This document shows positions 56,522 through 64,000 of a stretch of 64,000 nucleotides of DNA, one piece after another. The notes under the pieces were generated by a model. That model ran no database searches. It was not told the origin of the DNA and saw only the letters and a list, made by a program, of their open reading frames with translations. The stretch is from NCBI RefSeq assembly GCF_022539665.2, contig NC_081333.1:9672001-9736000 (forward strand), written 5' to 3'. A program made the position numbers and the translations under genes. Position 1 is the stretch's first letter; each line of letters opens with the position of its first letter. Origin of the DNA: Daphnia carinata (lineage: Eukaryota).

Positions 56522-58749
56522 ATGGCGGAATATTCGGCTGCTGAACATTTCAACAATCCCAGCAGGCAGCGAGTACCGACAGTGGTAGAGTTCACGCTAC
56601 CCCTGGAACCGACCGCGGCCCGTCAACCGGGTGGCAACTTTATACACAAAACCACCAGTGAAACTCTGAGGCTGACAGACCAGCTTCATCCCAATCAGAC
56701 GGGACCATCGTCCACAGGACAGACAGTGGACATCAAGAAAACAAGTTCGTTCCAAATAACTAGTGTCAGGGTCTCCTCCAGCATCAGCAATGATGGGGAG
56801 GATGACTCTTGTGGTGAGGTGGATGACTCACAGACTGAACCGTCTGAAGTGGGGAGCCACAACCATATTGATGTGGATGGAGATTTAGACACTGGTGGAG
56901 ATGATCCACCAATCATGTTTGTCAGTAATGTGCCAGTATCACTAGCTCAACAACAAGTCAATGAAGGAGGTGCCCTCAAGCTCGAGGACAAAGATCATGG
57001 ATTGCAACGTAGATTCAGAGTTGTCAAGATTGAGAGTGCTGAACCTTTCAAACGAGGAAGATGGCTCTGCATGGATTTTCTGGACCAACCATCTGTCCAG
57101 CCCATACTGTCTAAGGAAGAGCCTGGTTCTGCAACATCAAGCTCAGGCAGCTTGTCTGATCATATTTCGACAGATGATGGGCAACATCATGCACCATACT
57201 TGCAGCAACCGAATCAAACCCTTCAGGTTCCTTTTTTTTTGTGTATAGTTTCAGTCTAAGCAATGAATGGAGATAATTTGTTATATTATTCATTTCATAG
57301 AATATCAACACTGGAGCAGTCTTGAATTCTTGCAACCAGCAGGCTCAGCCCAGCAGTAGTATTCAAATAGTACCACATTCCTTGCCCGCCAGTGCGGCTT
57401 CCGTCAGTTATCCCCAAACCCAACAGCAGCTGCTTCAGCAGCCAATCTATCAGACACAATCTCCAGTTCCATTAGTCTATCCAGTAGCTTCCGTCACAAC
57501 CATTCTGCAACCAAGCGCAGCGACAATAGCCACCACGTCCAATCCTGCAAGTCTCGCCATCCCACTAATAACGACGCAACCCACGTCTTCGGTTACTGCT
57601 GGTGCTACTTTGCCCAGTCTTTCTTCCAATGTTGCGCAGCCATTTGTTCAGCAACCCGTCCCGCCAGGTCATTTGAATTAAATTATAAGCTATGAATACA
57701 ACGGGATCACAATAGTAAAGGTTCCAAATATTTCAATATTTAGGCCTTCTACAGCAGCAGCAATCTATGGCTAGCCAACCTGCTTATACAGCTTCAGCGG
57801 TGGCTCCGCAACAACAACAACAGCAACAATATGTAACACCGGCGTCTGGCATCCAGCCCGGATTAACAGCGCCACATTTGCCGTCCCAACAGCCGACCCA
57901 ACAGCCCGTTGTCGCCCAGATTCCAGTAATGGCCCAACAAAACTTGATTCCTGTGCAACCGAGCAGTAACAACAATATCGTAGCGCCATCGCCCCACCCT
58001 TCAACGGCGAACCTTATCCAACCATCCAGTACTATTCCGACGCAAGCCAACCAAAATTCTATGCATCCGGTTGTGCTATTACCTTCATCTACTTCATTGC
58101 AACAGCAATCGCAGCCAACTCCGGTGGTACCGATTCATGGTCCACCTCCCGGACTGATTCCTCAGCACCAACATCCTCCCTTAGGGCTTCAATCGCAGCA
58201 GCAACCTGGAAATCAAGGCCAACCGACTTTCGCAGAAATAGTTGCCAACGCTCCGGCACAGCCCTTACCTAACACACAACACCTTCAACAGCATGCCACG
58301 CAGCCGGCATCGTCCGTACAAGCCATTCAAACTGTTGGTGTTCCTCCAACTTCCACTTTACAACAATCTGAAGTGGTTATGCAACAGCAGTCTGTCCAGC
58401 AAATGCAATCGATGCAACAAACACATATCCAGCAGTCCGGCTCGATACTTATGCAGCCGTCACAGCAACAACCCGCGTTGGTCCAACAAACAGCGACTCC
58501 ACATGCCATGTATGGCGGCAGTAGCAACAATCAAACCATCCCAGTAGCAGTTATGTCCGTTGCGACCAGCATTCAGCCACAAGTCCAACTTATTATGGCA
58601 GCGCCATCCACCTTGACAACCGCCATTGCGAGCAATGCAGGAATGGAGTCGGCAATGGCGGCTTTGCCACACGGCCCCCCAGTGCTCAACAAATCGCAGA
58701 GCGTGGCAGATGACAGCCACGCCGGTGGTTCAACCGACGATCATGCCAG
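56522..58749 (+). CDS. bun: TSC22-domain family / bunched long isoform, N-terminal exons (TSC box and leucine zipper not in window)
   Basis: Long-isoform motif 1 KKTSSFQITSV and motif 2 RFRVVKIESAEPFKRGRWLCMDFLD, then a Q/P-rich region. Exon ends at the strong donor CAG|GTGAGC at 58749. Confidence 0.88.
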
Positions 58750-58809
58750 GTGAGCACTTTGCTAGAAAATGTTTTGGTTGTGGACAGGCAACGTGGTGGG
58801 TACTACTGA

Positions 58810-59024
58810 CCACTAGATGGCTGTAGAATGTAAATCACGTAGAGTGTGAGAGTCACCACTAGATGGTGATGCTTGGTATCAACTAGAAGATGGTAGTAGG
58901 ACTCACTACTAGATGGCGAGCAACTAGATGGTCTTAAATGTGACTACTAGGTGGTAGTAGATGTTACCGGCGTTGAAATACCACTAGATGTCGTTTAATC
59001 GTCGACTTTTCCGTTAGATGTCGT
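58810..59024 (+). promoter_or_regulatory. Cluster of eight same-orientation CTCF-like motifs (consensus C[C/A/T]ACTAG[A/G]TG[G/T]) in the bunched intron
   Basis: Copies start at 58810, 58856, 58880 (3-nt insertion), 58906, 58921, 58944, 58981 and 59011 (degenerate), with mostly unrelated spacers. Confidence 0.65.
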
Positions 59025-62000
59025 ATGAAACTCTGTGGTGGCAAAACGGCCGGGAAAAATAGGGGCGCACGATCATATTCTTGACGCCAGTTTGGTGTTC
59101 AAGCCACGTGATCGTTCGAAAGCAGGCAATGCCCTCACGTTCTCTCTGTATCGCACATACACGTACGCCACCACCCAGCTTGCGAGACACCACTTCTCTT
59201 TTTTTTTGTTTTTGTTGCTAGGACAGAGTATTTTTCACGAGCGTTCTCTATTTCCCCGTCGGTTTACGGTCCCTGAAAGTAGGTCAACGTCGGATTTCTG
59301 CGGTCGGCCATATTTGCGTACCTCCTCTCCTTTAAATTTATCATCCATCTTACCGTCGGTACGTGCCGCTTGTTACGAAGAATAGGGGGAGAAGGTGGTG
59401 GGTGGACAAGAAGGTTATTTTGTTGTCTTCTTTTTCATTATTATTTCGCACGCCGCACCGCAAGATCTAGGGGAGAGAAAGGCGCCGGCTTGTCTGGCGC
59501 GGCCGTATTTCATTGAAGGCCGCGACAACCCGTTACGCAGTAGCAGACTTTTTGGCACTACCGCTGTCCTCCGGCTCGCTGCCCTAAAACAACTGGAAAA
59601 TCTTGAAATTGCATTGATTTCTTTCTTTAAAACAACTTCTTTTTTGATGCAAGGCTTACAATGCGATTACCCACCACTCCCTTATTCGATCGCGTTACGT
59701 AGCGCGTATGAGGTCATTTCGCTGTACCACCGTGGGGTTGGTTAACTCTTTCGGTTGAAGAGAGATCAGCATTTTTTCAAGTCACGCAATCAAAGTATCG
59801 TTGAACCATCCTAAGTAAACTCACTCTGACAAAATAGGGTGTCATTTTTAAAGGCGGGAAAGAGAGAGAGGTGCGCCCTGGTAACAGCGAACCAAACGTC
59901 TTTACGAGGAAACTAAAATTCCCGAATCGAAGATGCGGCACTTGTCCGTTTCTTGCTTTCGTTGACTTTGTTTTCGTACTCGCAGTTAGTGAAAACGATA
60001 AGCGAAATTCACGTCATTTGCATCCAATCCCAAGCAAGAAGTTATCTTCTATTGCTGCGTACTTGCGTGCATACATAAAAATGAAAATTGTTTGATTAAA
60101 CGAGCTGCTTTGGTCTCCCGATAAAGCGGGGTCCAATAGGGCACGATCACAACACATAGTTCATTATCAGGTTTGTTGTTGTTGTCCGATTCGCCCGACC
60201 CATATTGCCAGGCTAACTGTGTGTAGAAAGATCCTTCTTGGTTGAGGGTCGTGTGGGATGAACGCGTGAGCCACCCTTAAAAAAAGATCGGGGTCCCAAA
60301 TGCACTATCACAAACACGGCTCTCGGATGATGTCATCCAGTCCTACTGGGCTCCCATTACAGGATGTTCAATTGATCTGGTGCCCAGGTTTCAATATTTG
60401 ATCCAAAAAATGTTCACGAAAAAAAATTTCTTTTTCGAAAACATTTCACCGCGTTAATAATCTGAATTGTTTGGCCGTTGAATGTCGACATTTTTCATGT
60501 TGGTAATTTTTTCTTTGCTCTATTCGACGGATAGCGTTCAATTCGGTTGAAACTGGTTTGCAAGCGTTCGAGAAAAACAAGATCACCGAGGAATTTCTCT
60601 TTTCACTTGTTGTCCTCCTCTTCTTTTTCTCATTGTGAATGTGTGTTTCCCTTTTGTCTTTCTTCCTTTCATTCCATCGATAAATCCTTAAGGCGATTTC
60701 TTCCTTGCATCAGACGAAAGCACAAAGCTAATCTCTTTTTCACGGAGACTGCTTGGCGCCCTCATTTTTGCGTTGCGGTCGTGAGTCTCGTGACCAAGAC
60801 AGCAGCAGCACCAAGGCGAAAAACAGAGTTGCATCCCCGCGCTGTGTGTTTGTTTGTTCCAAGCGAATAAGATCTATGCCAAAAAATCTATTTTGGGGAG
60901 CTAGCCGTTAAATATCGGGAAGCCCATGGTGTGCGAAAATTTTCTCTGAGAAAGAGAGAGGATCTTTTGATCTTACACGAAAATGTCAATTGCAATCAAC
61001 GCTAGACAAATGCCGTTATCAATATGTAACTTGGGGGGGGGGGGGGAATATCTAGGCCATTTTTGTAGATGGCCGCCTAGCAACACGCGAGCCAGATGCA
61101 TTTTGTTACCTTTGAAATTTTTTTCGTCTTTGGTTCACGAGTTTAAGCATTCGTTTGTTTGTTTGTTTTTTAAATATTTTGTTCCGATCTGGTTATCGCG
61201 TCTCCCTCTGCTCTCTTGGTGTGTCTCTTCCGTGGGATTCTTGTACTTTTCCCTTGCTCACACTCTTCCTTTAAACTTTCTCTCCGATTTCATTTTCATT
61301 CCGAGCGAAAGAGAAAGGCATTGTGGGAAAGCACAGTAGCGTGAGCCCGCGATCGTTTACGTTTTGATTGTTTTTTCCCCCTTTGTTGAGTACGACATGA
61401 CGTCACCGACAGTTGCCGTGAATCATAGCGAAAGACCCCTTCGGCGTTGAAGGCTGTCAAATCATTTTATAATTTTTATGACTAATACTACTTTAGAATC
61501 AAAGTATGGCCATGATGAATTGGGGGCACTCTTGATTTCTCGTTTTATTTTTAAATATCATTTTTATTTGCTTAAATGCATGACATAAGCTTGGGAGGTG
61601 GAATCGTTTCAAATCTAATCATCAAAAACTGACACAAGGTCTGTCAATTCGCTATTTTTTTTTTATCTACGGGGAAAAACGCAGTCTAGGAGATGTGAAT
61701 TTATGTTTCACGATGTTCTATCACGTGATTAGAATACTAATCAGCCTAAAACAAAACACATCCAACAATTAGAATGCAGCAGAAAAGTTATAGAGTACGG
61801 CTGTCCAACAGCGTTTGCTTCGTTTGTTTATTCTCCTTTTATAGCAACTTTGACAGTATGTGTGTTCCGCAAATCGGGCCAACACCGTGTAATGGGCAGG
61901 TCCGTTCACAGGTGATTGAACGCGCCCTCTTAAAAGAAAACGAAATGTGAGCCAAGTGGTCATTTTTTCTCAGTCAAATATGGTTGTTTTTGTTTGTTGT

Positions 62001-63000
62001 TGATGTTTTTTGTTGATGCTGTTTTTTGAGGACTACGTGCCGCTCCCAATTCGCATGTAAATTTTGCTTATGTTCATATACGTAAGAGCCATGACGCTTT
62101 TTCTGGCCAGAGTTCCGGCTGATTATCCAACAGCACGGCCATAGTGATCTCACTACGCCGAGTTCTCTCTGCTTCGCGTCACAAAACGGCCGGCGACTTT
62201 CAGAATTGACGTGATCATTCGATCGCAGCGTGATGAACCTGTTTTGTGAACGTGATTGCTAAAGCGCGTTTCAATTGCCTGTGGCTATGTTTGTTTCTCT
62301 GATCAATGCCGAGCCAGTTTAAATAGCACAAACAGCCACATAGTATTTGTTACGCTAAAAGAACTAGAGAGGGCAACCCCTCCGTATATTTTATTTTTGG
62401 AGGAAAACCAAAACCCTAACTAATTATCATTGGCCTTAAATTTTTTTTCCATGTAGCATGAGACATTGTATTTTAATTTCAAATTTAAGAGCCCGAATAA
62501 TTCATTTCCCTTTTCCGATTTTTTTGGACCCCCTTTTTTTTTTGTTACTACCCGATCATTAGGTTGACGGTAATTACTTTAATATAACGATGCTTGAGGG
62601 GGGTTTTTCCCATGTCTAAAGGCACTTTTTACGAAATGATGTAAAGGCAGGGAGAACAAAAAAAAAGAAGACTTAGAAAATAGTGGGAGGAGCTCACCTG
62701 TTGATGACTTCCACGGTGTAGTACAGCGGATAATGAGTTTGAGCCTACCGGGGATCCCGTGACCTCTATTCGTTTCGAGAGGGTTCTCTTGTATCGTTTC
62801 CAGTAACATCAGTTTCCAAGAGAACAAACAAAAAACTAGGCAAATTTTCGACCTGATGAAATCAAATTGTAGTCGGGGTTTTGCCTCTGTTCATACGGCC
62901 TGAAGAAAAAAAAAACCAGCACAAAAACAAAGACATCTCGATTCGAGAGTCAGGCGATATCTTTTTTTCTTTATGTATTTTAATGTCTTGTCGAAATCTG

Positions 63001-63100
63001 GCGCTGCCATTGGCGTGATTTGACGTCATGGCTCCGCCTATTCGCTGGCACCGTTAAAGAACGCACCACCTGAACGGTCGAACGACTTGAGCCAGTCAGT
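63001..63100 (+). promoter_or_regulatory. Probable internal promoter (CRE, GC-rich, Inr-like)
   Basis: Perfect TGACGTCA at about 63022, ATTGG at about 63010, CTCCGCC, and Inr-like TCAGT near 63097, upstream of the ORF starting at 63712. Confidence 0.45.
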
Positions 63101-63711
63101 ACGACGCCGACCGCAGTGTACGCTACTAGCCTTCGTCTTTTGTTCTCCCTTTCGTTTTTACGTTCTCCCCTCCCCCCTCAACCGCAACCATTCTCTACCC
63201 TCGAAGGGGAAAACAACACAAGTTTTGCCAACTTCGACAATGGTCGCAATAGCTTGCATCATCTTTCCGTGGTCCATCCTATTTGTGTACGTCATTTTTC
63301 TCTACTTGGGCGTCTGACTGTCTCCCATTATTGAAAACACTTTGAAAATTCACGCGTGAAAAAAAAGAGAGAAGGACGAAAAAGAAAGACTGATTGAGCT
63401 CCCAAGCGCCTCCTGGCGGAGTCGGGAGACTTGTGGGACTCGCGTGAGACATTTTTTCAGTTCCGACCGCCCTCAGACGGATGTGTATGTGTTTTCGTGC
63501 TACGACGTCATTGTGACGGGATCTCTTTTTTTAAAGCTATTTTTCGACACTTAGAAATAAAAACGAGTTACAATGATAAGCTATGAAGGCTTTCTATTTT
63601 TGTGATCGACGCCAAGTTAGCGACACCAGTGAACTCGTGTGATATTCAGCCAAAAACTCTAAAAACAGACAGTAAAAAGAGAAAAGTGCAACAACCCATC
63701 AACCTCAAACC

Positions 63712-64000
63712 ATGTCGATGACGACATACTACACAGCAACGGCCAGTTCTGCGGCCGAACTGGCCGAAGCGCTTCTTTTGACCTCATCGGCCTGCGAGAG
63801 CACCTCGTCGTCGTCTTCTTTGTCCGTCAGCACAAGCGTCGAAGATGAAGACATGATGATGCTCGATTTTGATGTGGACGACTCTCCTTTACCTTCGTGT
63901 CTGGTCAATTGTATGGCGTTCACAGATGACCAGGCTGGGCGCTACCCTTTTGATAAGCGTCCGCTCGATCTCATAAACGGCGATTCGCAGACTGTCACGT
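63712..64000 (+). CDS. Open-ended ORF, probably an alternative first coding exon of a shorter bunched/TSC22 isoform
   Basis: AAACCATG in good context. Open to the window end (MSMTTYYTATASSAAELAE..RYPFDKRPLDLINGDSQTVT). Same strand and inside the bunched intron; no diagnostic motif visible. Confidence 0.55.
   Translation, partial: MSMTTYYTATASSAAELAEALLLTSSACESTSSSSSLSVSTSVEDEDMMMLDFDVDDSPLPSCLVNCMAFTDDQAGRYPFDKRPLDLINGDSQTVT

Noticed and set aside
57767..58500. CAA/CAG runs as a repeat element
   Set aside because: Explained by the glutamine-rich coding region of bunched.
58810..59024. Repeat-spacer arrangement read as a CRISPR array
   Set aside because: Units are only about 12-14 bp and degenerate, spacing is irregular (15-46 bp), there are no cas genes, and the context is a eukaryotic intron.
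59035..63334. ORFs in the large bunched intron
   Set aside because: Mostly non-ATG starts or low-complexity translations with no homology or supporting splice structure.

Overview
Gene-dense, AT-rich eukaryotic genomic DNA with very short introns (mostly 55-75 nt). The style suggests an arthropod, probably a Daphnia-like crustacean (inference only). I can reconstruct 18 protein-coding loci by manual splicing: IDH3A (3' end), a divergent Bcl-2/Bax-family gene not evident from the ORF track, DCP2, AMACR, TNFAIP8, VPS33B, FEM1B, a membrane-tethered CREB3-type bZIP, RpS6, LYRM1, GABA-B R1, a Shaw/Kv3 channel, APT1/LYPLA, AKTIP, an l(3)mbt-like gene, Frizzled-1/2/7, CDC23, and the 5' part of bunched/TSC22 (long-isoform exons plus a probable alternative first exon). 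The most notable non-routine signals are: eight same-strand CTCF-like motifs in about 215 bp of a bunched intron; a CDC23 intron that seems to need a non-canonical donor; several GC-AG introns; a two-copy MITE-like repeat sharing a motif with a tandem duplication that carries a micro-inversion; and a candidate H/ACA snoRNA in an RpS6 intron. I found no prokaryotic-type system, CRISPR array, tRNA, rRNA or transposase. All exon boundaries are manual predictions without transcript data, and orthologue comparisons are from memory.
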